From the NCBI GenBank assembly GCA_963770835.1, contig CAVYRH010000026.1, positions 800,001-864,000 of the forward strand: DNA of 64,000 bases, written 5' to 3'. Source of the stretch: an uncultured Pseudomonadota bacterium (GTDB taxonomy: Bacteria; Oederibacteriota; Muellerivitia; Muellerivitales; Muellerivitaceae). The translations under genes and the position numbers were made by a program. Of the stretch, positions 9,864-20,586 are shown one piece after another (positions within the stretch are counted from its first letter, which is position 1; the number at the start of each line of letters is the position of its first letter). The notes under the pieces are model-generated. The model was not told the origin of the DNA and did no database searches. It saw only the letters and a program-made list of their open reading frames with translations.

Positions 9864-10928
9864 ATGGTCAACATTGATACGCTTTTAAGACTGATGTTTG
9901 AGCGCGGCGCTTCCGATTTACACATCACCGCTGGGGCCCCCCCGATGCTCCGCATTGACGGGGTCATGACGGCCACGGAGTACGAAAAACTGCGGCCTGA
10001 AACAACGCAGCAGTTGATTTATAGCATTCTGACAGATGAACAAAAAGAGAAGTTTGAGAAAGACAATGAGTTGGACGTTTCCTTTGGCGTGGAGGGGGTG
10101 GGCCGCGTCCGTATGAACGTTTACCAACAGCGTGGCGCGGTGGCAGCGGCCTTGCGCAATATTCCAACCTCCATTCGGACCTTCGACGACCTGAAACTTC
10201 CTGCTGTTGCTATGGACATCGTGAAGTTGCCAAAGGGACTGGTATTGGTGACGGGGCCCACGGGTTCGGGCAAGTCCACCACCTTGGCCGCAATGTTGGA
10301 CTGGATTAACACCAACCAACAACACCACATTATTACCATTGAAGACCCAATCGAATATGTTCATACCCACAAGTCCAGTATTGTCAACCAACGGGAAGTC
10401 GGTACAGATACCCATACCTTTGCAACCGCCTTGAAATACGCCCTACGGCAGGACCCGGATGTCATCCTCATTGGGGAAATGCGCGACCTGGAAACCGTCA
10501 ATGCGGCTTTGACCATCGCTGAAACGGGCCACTTGGTTTTCGCGACACTTCATACGGTAGACGCTATTCAGACGATCAACCGTATCATCGACGTTTTCCC
10601 CGCGGCCCAGCAACAACAAATTCGGGCACAGATTTCCTTCGTCCTCCAGGCGGTTTTGTCCCAACAGCTTCTTCCTAAGGCCTATGGATCGGGCCGTTGC
10701 ATCGCGGTTGAAGTTTTAATACCCACGGCGGCCGTTCGCAACCTTATCCGGGAGGAGAAGATCCACCAAATTTATTCTGCCATGCAAACCGGAACGGAAT
10801 ATGGAATGCAAACTATGAATCAATCCTTATTCGAGCTCTATCAAAAACAGATGGTTAGCTACAATGAGATTTTTTCGAGGACTCTCGATCCGAAGGAACT
10901 TCAAAGAATGGTGAAGGGCGTCATTTAA
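9864..10928 (+). CDS. pilT: Type IV pilus retraction ATPase
   Basis: GASDLH, GPTGSGKST, AVRNLIRE, GMQTM. Confidence 0.97.
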   Translation: MVNIDTLLRLMFERGASDLHITAGAPPMLRIDGVMTATEYEKLRPETTQQLIYSILTDEQKEKFEKDNELDVSFGVEGVGRVRMNVYQQRGAVAAALRNIPTSIRTFDDLKLPAVAMDIVKLPKGLVLVTGPTGSGKSTTLAAMLDWINTNQQHHIITIEDPIEYVHTHKSSIVNQREVGTDTHTFATALKYALRQDPDVILIGEMRDLETVNAALTIAETGHLVFATLHTVDAIQTINRIIDVFPAAQQQQIRAQISFVLQAVLSQQLLPKAYGSGRCIAVEVLIPTAAVRNLIREEKIHQIYSAMQTGTEYGMQTMNQSLFELYQKQMVSYNEIFSRTLDPKELQRMVKGVI

Positions 10929-10946
10929 TTTTTAAAGGAGTTCAGA

Positions 10947-12161
10947 TTGCCGACGTTTAAATATAAAGCCCGAAATAATTTAGGAAAGATCGTCGAAGGA
11001 ACGGTTGAGGCGGAAGCCGAATCAGCTATTGCGGTGGTTCTTCGGCAAAAAAAGCTCGAACTCGTCTCGGCGGCACCCGCAGGGGGCTTGAGCGGATTTT
11101 TGAGCGCTCTTACCAAAAAGGGAGGAAAGGTCACCACTAAAGACGTGGTGGTTTTCAGCCGCCAATTTTCAACAATGGTAAATGCGGGATTGCCGATCCT
11201 TCAAGGTTTGACGATAGTCGCGGAGCAAGCGGAAAACCCGGATTTCCGTTCAGTGATGACGAAGGTTCGGGATGATATTTCCAATGGCGTAACCCTTTCC
11301 GAGGCGATGGCAAAATATCCCAAAGTTTTCACTACTCTTTATGTGAATATGGTCAAAGCCGGTGAACAGGGAGGTATCTTGGACGTTATTTTTGAAAGAT
11401 TATCCGAATACATGGAAAAGGCGGAAGGGGTTTCCCGGAAGGTCAAGTCGGCAATGATGTATCCCATTGTTGTTATGTCGGTTGCCTGCTTGGTCGTCAT
11501 TTTCCTAATGGTCAAGGTTGTTCCAACTTTTCGTGATGTCTTTGCATCCTTCGGGGCAAAATTACCTGCCCCCACCCAATTCTTGATCGATGTTAGTGCC
11601 TTCTTGTCGAGTTGGAAAGCTGGGTTTTTAGTTGCTTTTTTGATCATAGTTTTTATCGTAATCACCTTATACCGAAAAACCAGAGCCGGTGCTTATAATT
11701 GGGATTTGATGATTTTGAAATTACCCGTCTTTGGGATTTTAGCCCGCAAAGCAGCAGTTGCGAAATTCGCTCGGACATTAGGAACCCTTATTAAATCCGG
11801 CGTTCCTATCATGGATGCTCTGGAAACTGTCGCTAAGACTTCTGGCAACCTTGTCCTGGAAAAGGCGGTCAACAATGCCCGTGATTCGGTGCGAGAAGGA
11901 AAAACCCTGACCCAGCCATTGAAAGAGAGCAAAGTTTTTCCACCGATGGTGACCCAGATGATTAATGTAGGCGAGGAAACAGGAGCTCTTGATACGATGT
12001 TAAGTAAAATAGCTGATTTTTATGAAGATGAAGTCGACGCAGCCGTGGAAGGGTTAACTTCTATCATTGAACCAATTTTAATTGTGTTTTTAGGGGTGAC
12101 AATTGGTTTTATTGTTGTGGCCATGTTTATGCCGATGTTTGAGATAGGAAATGCAGTGTAA
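10947..12161 (+). CDS. pilC: Type IV pilus inner-membrane platform protein
   Basis: FSRQFSTMVNAG, GEETGALD; two T2SSF domains; TTG start after AAGGAG. Confidence 0.96.
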   Translation: MPTFKYKARNNLGKIVEGTVEAEAESAIAVVLRQKKLELVSAAPAGGLSGFLSALTKKGGKVTTKDVVVFSRQFSTMVNAGLPILQGLTIVAEQAENPDFRSVMTKVRDDISNGVTLSEAMAKYPKVFTTLYVNMVKAGEQGGILDVIFERLSEYMEKAEGVSRKVKSAMMYPIVVMSVACLVVIFLMVKVVPTFRDVFASFGAKLPAPTQFLIDVSAFLSSWKAGFLVAFLIIVFIVITLYRKTRAGAYNWDLMILKLPVFGILARKAAVAKFARTLGTLIKSGVPIMDALETVAKTSGNLVLEKAVNNARDSVREGKTLTQPLKESKVFPPMVTQMINVGEETGALDTMLSKIADFYEDEVDAAVEGLTSIIEPILIVFLGVTIGFIVVAMFMPMFEIGNAV

Positions 12162-12321
12162 TTTGCATTTAGGGCCGGATTAAGTAATGTAAGGGTTTAT
12201 TTTGTTAATAAAGCCAAATTGCCCGCTTTTTTATTAAAGACCTAAAAACACTTCCAGAGTGGCGTTAAAAGCATTCATGATTTTTATATCGGCTTTAAAC
12301 AAGGCCAATTTCATGGGTAAG

Positions 12322-12350
12322 TTGACAAGAAGAATTGAGAAGGATAAAAT
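12322..12350 (+). promoter_or_regulatory. Near-consensus sigma70 promoter for pilin gene
   Basis: TTGACA-17 nt-TAAAAT. Confidence 0.75.
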
Positions 12351-12415
12351 TTACATAAGCCTAATCAAAAGGTCGATAAGTTTAAGATTGGGTTTAGATT
12401 GAATGGGAGGGTTTT

Positions 12416-12871
12416 ATGATTCGTTTAAAGGCGAAAGGTTTCACGTTGATTGAGCTGATGATCGTTGTCGCGATCATCGGAATTTTGGCGGCTATCGCGA
12501 TTCCGCGGTTTGCCCAAATGTTGGAAAAATCAAGGGAAGGGTCGACCAAAGGGAACTTGGGCAGCATCAAGTCGGCCGCATCCATTTACTATGGGGATAC
12601 TCAGGGAGTTTGGCCGACAACTCTGCAATCCTTGAGTAGTTACGGTTTCAGCAGGTATTTGGACAACGTCTCGCCGGTGAAAGTAACGGGAGCCTTCGTG
12701 GCGGGCGCAACGAGCCCATCGGGAGCCCTTGTCACCATGACGACGATGAGTTCAGTGCCGACGGGTAGCGGAACGGGCTGGATGTACGACAGCAACTTTG
12801 GAAGCGTGTACGTTAATAGTACGGTGAGGGATTCCAAAAGTCTTCCGTACTCTTTCTACGGATTTGAGTGA
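12416..12871 (+). CDS. pilA: Type IVa major pilin
   Basis: Class III signal KG|FTLIELMIVVAIIGILAAIAIP; own promoter, GGGAGG RBS and terminator. Confidence 0.92.
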   Translation: MIRLKAKGFTLIELMIVVAIIGILAAIAIPRFAQMLEKSREGSTKGNLGSIKSAASIYYGDTQGVWPTTLQSLSSYGFSRYLDNVSPVKVTGAFVAGATSPSGALVTMTTMSSVPTGSGTGWMYDSNFGSVYVNSTVRDSKSLPYSFYGFE

Positions 12872-12893
12872 TTTGAAGCTTAAAAAAGTGGCT

Positions 12894-12930
12894 AACAATG
12901 GGCGACATTTTTGTCGCCCATTGTTTTATT
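12894..12930 (+). terminator. Rho-independent terminator after pilin
   Basis: AACAATGGGCGACA/TGTCGCCCATTGTT 14-bp stem followed by T-rich tail. Confidence 0.85.
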
Positions 12931-12968
12931 CGGAACAATTTTAGTGAGGTGAACTTATCCAAGCCCTG

Positions 12969-13733
12969 ATGACTCCTCTCTTTTCAACTCTTCCGGGCTC
13001 GATTCTTCTGGGCGCATGCGTAGGTAGTTTTTTAAATGTTTGCATAAGCCGCTGGAAAAGTGGCGAACAAATTATTTTTTCCTCTTCTCATTGTCCCTAT
13101 TGTTGTGAATTCATTCGATGGTATGACAATATCCCACTTTTAAGTTTTATTCTCCTAAGAGCTAAGTGTCGTTTTTGTAATAAACCCATTTCTTGGCAAT
13201 ATCCACTTGTTGAAATAATTACGGCCGTATTATTCGGTTTATCCTTTTATTGTTTTCGGGGATTGTTTTTGGTGACCACGAGTTACTTTTTCGTAAGCTT
13301 TATAGTGCTATTGGTTGTTAGCGACCTTAAATGGAAACTATTGCCACACCCATTCACTAATCTTTTTATTTTTAGTGGATTATTTTTTTCTAAGGGTTAT
13401 TCAATGGTTACATATTTAAATCTATTTCAAGCCGTAAGTAATTTCATGCTGCTAGGATTTTTATTGTATGGGATGACACAAATTATTCCGAATGGCTTAG
13501 GTGGCGGCGATATTAAAATGGGAGCTGGTTTAACTATTTGGTTAGGCCTTTCTAAATCATTAATGGCTTTACTGCTGGCTTTTGGCCTGGGATCTTTTAT
13601 GGTACTGCCCCTATTCTTATTGAAAAGGATTACAAAAAAATCGATGATTCCATTTGGGCCTTTCTTGGCCGGAAGCTCAATTCTCCTTTGGTTCTGGCCT
13701 GAAATGTTCAATCAAATAGGAATTGGTTTATGA
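12969..13733 (+). CDS. pilD: Prepilin peptidase/N-methyltransferase
   Basis: GSFLNVCI, CPYC...CRFC, WYDNIPLLS, GGGDIK, PFGPFL. Confidence 0.93.
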   Translation: MTPLFSTLPGSILLGACVGSFLNVCISRWKSGEQIIFSSSHCPYCCEFIRWYDNIPLLSFILLRAKCRFCNKPISWQYPLVEIITAVLFGLSFYCFRGLFLVTTSYFFVSFIVLLVVSDLKWKLLPHPFTNLFIFSGLFFSKGYSMVTYLNLFQAVSNFMLLGFLLYGMTQIIPNGLGGGDIKMGAGLTIWLGLSKSLMALLLAFGLGSFMVLPLFLLKRITKKSMIPFGPFLAGSSILLWFWPEMFNQIGIGL

Positions 13734-14830
13734 GTTTATTTTCAAAGTCAATTGTAGGCTTAGACATCGGCTCCTCCAGCGTAAAAATTCTTCAATTGAA
13801 GCCTTCAGGAAATCAGTGGCAATTAACAGCTATGGGAATGGCTGAAATTCCAAAAGAGTCACTGGAAGTTAAAAATCAAGAACTTCAGCGCGCCGCTGTA
13901 GTCGAGGCCATCCGACGAGCTTTCAAGGAAAGCGGCATTAAGACAAAAAAAGTTGCCACATCATTGTCAGGAGATTCGGTCATTATTCGTTATGTCAAAC
14001 TTCCTTTCATGACGGCGGAAGAGCTTCGTGGAGCGATTTCAAAAGAAGCGGAACAGTACATTCCACTGAATATCGATCAGGTTGTATTAGATTTTCAAAT
14101 TTTGGGTGAAGTGCAAGAGGATGGGCAAAAAAAATTGGACGTTTTGTTAGTGGCGGCCAAAATTGATGTCGTTGATCAGCACCTCTTAATGCTCAAAGAC
14201 ACTGGACTAACCCCTATGGTCATTGATGTGGACGCATTCGCTTTACAAAATGCTTATGAAATTAATCGTCTTGAACCTAACGAGGAAACGGTTGCTTTAA
14301 TTAATATGGGGGCTTCTTTAACCACGATAAATATTTTAGAGGGTAAAAACACTCGATTTACCCGAGACATTCCTGTTGCCGGCAATGATTTCACGAGGGA
14401 AATCCAAAAGGAATTCAATTTAAAGTTTTCTGAGGCCGAAGAGCTAAAAAAGTCTCATGGGACCATTTCTATGGAAGAAGATGATTTTAGTTTATCCACT
14501 GTCTCGCAAAAAGATGACCGTGTTCTCCGAATGTCCGATGTTATGACACCGGTTTTAAATAAATTGTTGGGAGAAATTAGGCGTTCATTTGATTATTACG
14601 AAACACAAGCGCGAAAAAAGACAGTGGAACGGGTAATTCTTTTGGGCGGAAGCGCCAGACTTAAAAATGTGAATCGATTTCTTGCCAATAAATTAGGGAT
14701 CCCGGTCGAACATTTTGGCGCCTTTCGAAACGTTGAACCACTTAAGAATATTGATGCTGAACAATTGGCCGAAAAGGAATTTCATATGGGAGTTTGTTTG
14801 GGCCTTGCCCTGCGTCAAACAGAGTCATAA
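13730..14830 (+). CDS. pilM: Type IV pilus assembly protein PilM
   Basis: VGLDIGSSSVK actin-like fold, EAEQYIP, GLALR C-terminus. Confidence 0.95.
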   Translation: MSLFSKSIVGLDIGSSSVKILQLKPSGNQWQLTAMGMAEIPKESLEVKNQELQRAAVVEAIRRAFKESGIKTKKVATSLSGDSVIIRYVKLPFMTAEELRGAISKEAEQYIPLNIDQVVLDFQILGEVQEDGQKKLDVLLVAAKIDVVDQHLLMLKDTGLTPMVIDVDAFALQNAYEINRLEPNEETVALINMGASLTTINILEGKNTRFTRDIPVAGNDFTREIQKEFNLKFSEAEELKKSHGTISMEEDDFSLSTVSQKDDRVLRMSDVMTPVLNKLLGEIRRSFDYYETQARKKTVERVILLGGSARLKNVNRFLANKLGIPVEHFGAFRNVEPLKNIDAEQLAEKEFHMGVCLGLALRQTES

Positions 14831-14832
14831 TT

Positions 14833-15405
14833 ATGATTAAAATTAATCTTGTGCCTGTCAAAGAGAAAAAAAAGCGGCAGGAATTATTTATTGTATTCTG
14901 CGCGGTGGCTGTATTGGTTCTCATCCTTTCTGGCATGCTCCTCATTTATGCTAAAAGAAAAGCGGTAGTGAATGACATTAATAGACAAATAGTGGATGTG
15001 GATAAAGAGGCGGAAAGTTACAAAAAAGAAGAAGATGAGATTGATGCCTTTAACGCTCAAAAGGATAGTTTGGAAGCAATTAAAAAAACCATTGTGGGGA
15101 TTTCGGAGATGCAGCGTAAAGTTTTGGTTGCGATTGACCAAATGGCGGTTAATCTGCCGGATGGCGTGTGGCTCACAAAAATAGACGAAGGAAAGGACAA
15201 GGATGCCGATAAATTCACTATCCAAGGGTTCGCTGTTTCAGTAACGAAGATGGAAAACTACCTTTCTAACTTACAACATCCAGGTGGGTTACTAAAGGAA
15301 GCAACTTTCGATGAACAAAATATATCGGCGCCTTTTCTCTCAAATGTCAAAATAAAAGTCCATCAATTTACTATTAGTTTTAAAGTGGCGGATCAGGGTT
15401 CATGA
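14833..15405 (+). CDS. pilN: PilN
   Basis: MIKINLVP motif, TM helix, LPDGVWL; synteny. Confidence 0.9.
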   Translation: MIKINLVPVKEKKKRQELFIVFCAVAVLVLILSGMLLIYAKRKAVVNDINRQIVDVDKEAESYKKEEDEIDAFNAQKDSLEAIKKTIVGISEMQRKVLVAIDQMAVNLPDGVWLTKIDEGKDKDADKFTIQGFAVSVTKMENYLSNLQHPGGLLKEATFDEQNISAPFLSNVKIKVHQFTISFKVADQGS

Positions 15406-15950
15406 AATTCACACCGTTACAACAATACATTATTTTAGGCGTTGTGGCTTTTTTGGGGCTGACTTTCCTTTATTACCAGTTTCTTCTAAAACCGGTTAAT
15501 TCCCAAATTACGAGTCTTCAAGCGACTTTGCAGCAAAAAAAAGATAAACTGGAAGAAGCCAAGAAAAAAGTAGCTAATTATGTTGAGTTCAAAAAACAGG
15601 CGGATTCTATTCAACGTGAACTTGAGTGGTACCAAAATCGTATTCCCAAAACCATAGAAAAGGCTAAACTATTGGAAGCTATTAGTTTTGCCCAAGGCCG
15701 TTCCGGCATAGTTCTAACAAGTTTTTTATTTCAACCAACACAATCTCCCAAGGATTATTCTGAGCTACCAGCGACTGTAAGATTTAATTCTGATTTCACC
15801 GGGTTGATTAACTTTTTATACCAAACGAGCACATCAAATTTGCTGATGACAGTTCGAGATTTATCGATAACTCCCTTCGTTTCTGTTGACCACCCAAATT
15901 TCACCATCCAGACCCAGATAGTTGTCAGCGGGATTCAGGCAAAACAATGA
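15402..15950 (+). CDS. pilO: PilO
   Basis: N-terminal TM, coiled coil; position in pilMNOPQ. Confidence 0.88.
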   Translation: MKFTPLQQYIILGVVAFLGLTFLYYQFLLKPVNSQITSLQATLQQKKDKLEEAKKKVANYVEFKKQADSIQRELEWYQNRIPKTIEKAKLLEAISFAQGRSGIVLTSFLFQPTQSPKDYSELPATVRFNSDFTGLINFLYQTSTSNLLMTVRDLSITPFVSVDHPNFTIQTQIVVSGIQAKQ

Positions 15951-16357
15951 AAAAAGCTCTCTTTCTGATTTCTGCGGCCGCATTACTTTTTTTGATGGCT
16001 TCCAGGATAGGAGCGCAACAGCAGGATGTTCCTGAACCTGTCTTTTTGAATTTTTCGATTCAACCGCCTTATGTTCCGACATATCATGGAAGGGATCCAT
16101 TTAAACCGTTGAATTGGGTTAAAAACGAACCCCAAATTTCAATCGCTGAACTGGAATATCATGGAATTATAGACATTGATGGAACGACCATGGCGTTATT
16201 CGGCTGGCGTACGGACCAAACGAAAAGATACACTTTGAAACAAAGAAAGTTATACAGCGATGCAGAGATTCCGGTTGATGGAGTGGTCGGGGATATTACT
16301 GATTCGCAAGTTATCTTGATTCAAGGTGACCAAAAAATAGCTTATCCACGGCAGTAA
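15947..16357 (+). CDS. pilP: PilP-like protein
   Basis: GRDPFKP motif, signal peptide, between pilO and pilQ. Confidence 0.75.
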   Translation: MKKALFLISAAALLFLMASRIGAQQQDVPEPVFLNFSIQPPYVPTYHGRDPFKPLNWVKNEPQISIAELEYHGIIDIDGTTMALFGWRTDQTKRYTLKQRKLYSDAEIPVDGVVGDITDSQVILIQGDQKIAYPRQ

Positions 16358-16370
16358 AGGAGATCTTGAG

Positions 16371-18752
16371 ATGCCTGGTTCCTGTTTTCGCCCAAAGATT
16401 TGGTTGGCAATTTTTACTATGGTTTTGGCTGATAAATTAGTTTGGGCGAGTGACATTGAAATCGATTTGGGTGGGACACAAGCACCCACCTTAAAAGCTT
16501 CGCCCACACCTATCGAGTCTTCGAACATCAATAAATCCTCCCCTCAACAAAATACTAATTCAGGAATTTCAGGGACTGCGAGCACTTCTGTCGAGAAGAG
16601 TTCTACCTCCTCCATCTTTAAAAATACGGATTCTAAAATAGATCAAGTTAAATTGACTACAGAAGGGGTTGGCAAGAGAATTTCTTTTGAGGGACATAAT
16701 CTTAACAGGCCATCAATAGATAAGCTTTCCTCAAAAAAAATTCTATTGAAATTCCCCAAAACTACTTTAATTATTCCTACAAAATTGAATGAAAAAGATG
16801 AAGTAGTGAAAGACATCCGGTCTTCAATGCATTCCAGTACGGCGTGGATAGTTTTGGATGTGAGCGGGATCAAAAAATGGGACCTTGAGAAAATAGATAC
16901 GGGATATGCATTGCTTTTGAACAAGACACAAAATTCAAACCAAGCTTCTGTGGAAACGGTCGCGCCCCAACCGAGTCTTGATCCGGACGGAAACGGTGAA
17001 AAGGGACTTTATGCTCGTTTGATAGACGTTTCTTTAAAACCAACAGATAATAGTATTAAATTGGTTCTGACATCCGACAGTCCATCGAAATATATGGTCC
17101 GAAAGCTTTCACAGCCGGAAAAAATAATTATTCATTTTTTCAATACGAAATTGGAAATCCCCGATAAGTTAAAAAACTTCAAAAATGATGATGTTGCTTT
17201 TAAAAAAGGTGGTCTTCTTTCTTTAGAGTTTCGACAAATCGGACCTCCCTTTTCACCGATTTCGGAAGCGATGCTGACTGTTTCCCCCGGAACTATTCAT
17301 CAAATTGACAGAGATTTAAACCAAGTGGTTATTACTTTGACTGCTCCCCCGATTGTGAAAAATCCAATCGAGAAAAAAGGAAATCTTAACCAACTTATTT
17401 CCATGGACTTGGAAAACGCAGATTTGAACGCAGTGGTTAAAATGCTTGCTGGTGAAGGAGGATTTGATTTGGATTTGGTTTCTGGTCCCGTTTCGGGGGT
17501 TGTTAACGAAAAATACAAAGATGTTCCGTTAAAATCGGCCTTGGCTGATTTATTAGGCCCCGGAAGCTATTCATACGAAGTTCAAGGGAATACTCTTCGG
17601 GTTGGTCCACAAGCTATCTTGACGTCCACGAAAGCCATTCTTCCACATGTTACGGATTTAATCTCGCCTTCTGGAGGCATGACACCGCAACAATTCGATC
17701 AGCTGGTTCGGCCACTTCTTAGTCCCAGTAACGCGGTTTCCTTTGAGGCTGACCCGATCCGAAATATGGTTATTTTAAATGGAACCGCTTCCGACATTGA
17801 GGATTATAAAAGAGCTATTCGGGATTTGAAATTAGACGAGAGCACGGAGAGTAACCGTATAACGAGAGTGGTGAAGCTGAATTATGCAGACCCCGTCTCG
17901 ATGACAGGTATTCTGTCGGCTTATTTAACTCCCGTCGGAAAAATTCAAGTTTCAGGATATAAGTTGGTAATTTGGGAAACAGCCCAGAATATGGGCACTC
18001 TTTTGGAATTAACCAATGAACTTGATCGTAAGCCTCCACAGGTTTTAATTGAATCAAATATCGTTGAAATTGACAATGAAGCGGATTTAAATTTAGGCGT
18101 TCAATGGAATTTAAGCAAAACTACTGGTGATCCTACTGTGGTTGGAAATACTAATAGCTTTTCTCCGGCTGGTGCCAATATACCTCCTGGACAAATAAGC
18201 TTTGGAACGATAAAGGCAGGTATTAATATCAACGCCACTCTTCAAGCGTTGGAAACGCAGAAAAAGGGAAGAATTATCTCACGTCCCAGAATTGCCACAA
18301 CCAATGGTGTCCCTGGCGAAATTAATGAGATTGAAAATGTTGTCCTTGCTGTAAATACTACAATACTTGTGCCGAACGCGGGCGCTTCAATTACAACAAC
18401 GTACACCCAATTACCTCTTCCCATCGATCTGAAGGTGACACCTAGAATTACCGATGAAGGAACAATTACTAACGATATTTCCGTTTCCATTACCTCTCAA
18501 ACCGGTGTGGCGGAGGCTACTGGAGCGCCTCCCCCTACGAGCGTTCAAACAGCTACGACCAGAATTAATACCAAGAACGGTGAAACAATTGTAATTGGCG
18601 GATTAGTTCGGGAGAACGTAACAGTGGAAACCAACGGGTTACCAATCCTTTCAAGTATTCCGATTATTGGAACACTTTTTCAAGAGACGGATCGGTCCAA
18701 TCGCAAGGAAGAGTTGGTTATTTTCATAACCCCGACCTTGTTGGAAGATTAA
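16371..18752 (+). CDS. pilQ: Type IV pilus secretin with AMIN-like N-terminal domains
   Basis: QVLIESNIVE, GETIVIGGL, LPILSSIPIIGTLF, ELVIFITP. Confidence 0.95.
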   Translation: MPGSCFRPKIWLAIFTMVLADKLVWASDIEIDLGGTQAPTLKASPTPIESSNINKSSPQQNTNSGISGTASTSVEKSSTSSIFKNTDSKIDQVKLTTEGVGKRISFEGHNLNRPSIDKLSSKKILLKFPKTTLIIPTKLNEKDEVVKDIRSSMHSSTAWIVLDVSGIKKWDLEKIDTGYALLLNKTQNSNQASVETVAPQPSLDPDGNGEKGLYARLIDVSLKPTDNSIKLVLTSDSPSKYMVRKLSQPEKIIIHFFNTKLEIPDKLKNFKNDDVAFKKGGLLSLEFRQIGPPFSPISEAMLTVSPGTIHQIDRDLNQVVITLTAPPIVKNPIEKKGNLNQLISMDLENADLNAVVKMLAGEGGFDLDLVSGPVSGVVNEKYKDVPLKSALADLLGPGSYSYEVQGNTLRVGPQAILTSTKAILPHVTDLISPSGGMTPQQFDQLVRPLLSPSNAVSFEADPIRNMVILNGTASDIEDYKRAIRDLKLDESTESNRITRVVKLNYADPVSMTGILSAYLTPVGKIQVSGYKLVIWETAQNMGTLLELTNELDRKPPQVLIESNIVEIDNEADLNLGVQWNLSKTTGDPTVVGNTNSFSPAGANIPPGQISFGTIKAGININATLQALETQKKGRIISRPRIATTNGVPGEINEIENVVLAVNTTILVPNAGASITTTYTQLPLPIDLKVTPRITDEGTITNDISVSITSQTGVAEATGAPPPTSVQTATTRINTKNGETIVIGGLVRENVTVETNGLPILSSIPIIGTLFQETDRSNRKEELVIFITPTLLED

Positions 18753-18778
18753 CCCGAATCTTTAATCCGAGCTGAACT

Positions 18779-18808
18779 TAAGCGCCCTATAAAGGCGCTT
18801 ATTTTTTT
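18779..18808 (+). terminator. Terminator after pilQ
   Basis: TAAGCGCC/GGCGCTTA stem plus T7. Confidence 0.75.
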
Positions 18809-18868
18809 GCACAAAATGTAAGTCATGATAAAGAACCGATATTTAAACCAACCAAGATGGAGTGACCG

Positions 18869-20032
18869 ATGAGCATCCGTTTTTTAACAGCTGGGGAATC
18901 TCACGGCAAAGGCCTTATAGTGATTTTGGAGGGCTTTCCTGCCCACTTGAGCATTACAACAGAGGAAATTAACGTAGAGTTATCAAGACGCCAAAAAGGA
19001 TATGGCCGGGGTGGACGGATGCTTATTGAGAAAGATCAGGTGGAAATTTTATCGGGGGTTCGGAGAGGCGTAACAATTGGTTCGCCAATCACCTTATTCG
19101 TCAAAAATAAGGATTATGAGAATTGGGAAAAAATTATGACACCTGATCTTTCGACTGAAAATCTGGGCAAACCTCTTCAACGTCCTCGGCCGGGACACGC
19201 GGATTTATCGGGGGGACTTAAATATAACCAAAGAGATTTGAGAAATATATTGGAACGGGCCAGTGCGCGTGAAACAACAGTAAGGGTGGCGGCCGGGGCT
19301 GTCGCCAAAAAATTTCTGAAAAATTTCGGTATTTTGGTTCAAAGTCATGTTCGTCAACTCGGATCAATAAAATCTGATCCTTCGAATTTTCCCGACAATA
19401 AAATCAATGAAAGGGCTGATGAGTCATTAGTGCGGATGATTGAAAAAAAACAAGAAAAGAAAGCTATTAAACTTATTGATGCGGCCAAGAAAAACGGGGA
19501 TACCTTGGGAGGAATATTCGAGGTGATTTTAACGGGAGTTCCGCCGGGGCTTGGGAGTCACGTTCAATGGGACAGAAAATTAGATGGTAGGTTGGCCCAG
19601 GCTTTGTTGAGCATGCAAGCGGTAAAGGGGATTGAAATCGGTGAAGGTTTTAAAAATGCCTCATTGTACGGTTCGCAAGTACACGATGAGATTTTCTATT
19701 CGAAGGGAAGAGGTTTTCACCATTTGACTAATCGAGCAGGTGGGATTGAGGGTGGCATGAGCAATGGGGAACCAATTGTTGTGAGAATTGCCAAGAAGCC
19801 CATTTCGACCCTTCGAAAGCCACTTCGTTCCGTTGATATTGAAACCAAACATGAAATAAAGGCGGCGTACGAACGCTCCGATGTTTGTGCTTTGCCTGCC
19901 GCTTCTGTTATTGGGGAAGCACTTTGCGCGTGGGTGGTGGCAGACGCGTTCTTAGAAAAAATGGGAGGGGATTTTATGGCCGAAATCACTCAAAGGTTCA
20001 AACTTTATTCAAAACACGTAAAGAAATTCTAA
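18869..20032 (+). CDS. aroC: Chorismate synthase
   Basis: TAGESHG, RPGHAD, RASARET, ERSDVC. Confidence 0.98.
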   Translation: MSIRFLTAGESHGKGLIVILEGFPAHLSITTEEINVELSRRQKGYGRGGRMLIEKDQVEILSGVRRGVTIGSPITLFVKNKDYENWEKIMTPDLSTENLGKPLQRPRPGHADLSGGLKYNQRDLRNILERASARETTVRVAAGAVAKKFLKNFGILVQSHVRQLGSIKSDPSNFPDNKINERADESLVRMIEKKQEKKAIKLIDAAKKNGDTLGGIFEVILTGVPPGLGSHVQWDRKLDGRLAQALLSMQAVKGIEIGEGFKNASLYGSQVHDEIFYSKGRGFHHLTNRAGGIEGGMSNGEPIVVRIAKKPISTLRKPLRSVDIETKHEIKAAYERSDVCALPAASVIGEALCAWVVADAFLEKMGGDFMAEITQRFKLYSKHVKKF

Positions 20033-20040
20033 TTCAGCTT

Positions 20041-20586
20041 ATGTCATTTACTTCTAATATTATACTTGTCGGATTTATGGGCGCCGGTAAAACGGAGACA
20101 GGAAAAGTAATTTCGGAGATTCTTGATCTTCGTTTTTGGGATATGGACGGATGGATTGAAAAAAAAAACAAAGAGACAATACCCAGAATTTTTCAAAAGA
20201 GAGGGGAAGTTTATTTTCGCCGACAGGAAGATAAGGCGATTTCGTGGTTAAGCCGTCAAAAAAAGTATATTGCGTCTACCGGTGGAGGTGCTTGGCTACA
20301 AGAGAAAAACAGAAAAAAACTTTTGAAAACCGGGTGGTGCATATGGCTAAAGGTTTCCGCGAAAGACGTTTGGCAAAGAGTTGGCAGCCATTTGGAACAG
20401 CGCCCCCTTTTGTCAACGTCGAAAAATCCGAAACAAAAGATAAAAATTTTACTAAGAAAAAGGAATCCATATTACGCCTTAGCTCATGCCAGTTTTGACA
20501 CAAGTGGGAAAAGTCCCCGGCAAGTCGCCATGGAAATAATAAAGATTTTTAAAGGAAAAAAACCTTTTAATGTATCCTCACGGTAA
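20041..20586 (+). CDS. aroK: Shikimate kinase
   Basis: GFMGAGKT, GEVYFR, STGGG, RPLL. Confidence 0.95.
   Translation: MSFTSNIILVGFMGAGKTETGKVISEILDLRFWDMDGWIEKKNKETIPRIFQKRGEVYFRRQEDKAISWLSRQKKYIASTGGGAWLQEKNRKKLLKTGWCIWLKVSAKDVWQRVGSHLEQRPLLSTSKNPKQKIKILLRKRNPYYALAHASFDTSGKSPRQVAMEIIKIFKGKKPFNVSSR

Noticed and set aside
18806..18833. dif-like sequence TTTGCACAAAA-TGTAAG-TCATGATAAAG
   Set aside because: The invariant inner TAA/TTA positions are both mismatched, it overlaps a terminator tail, and gene orientation does not switch
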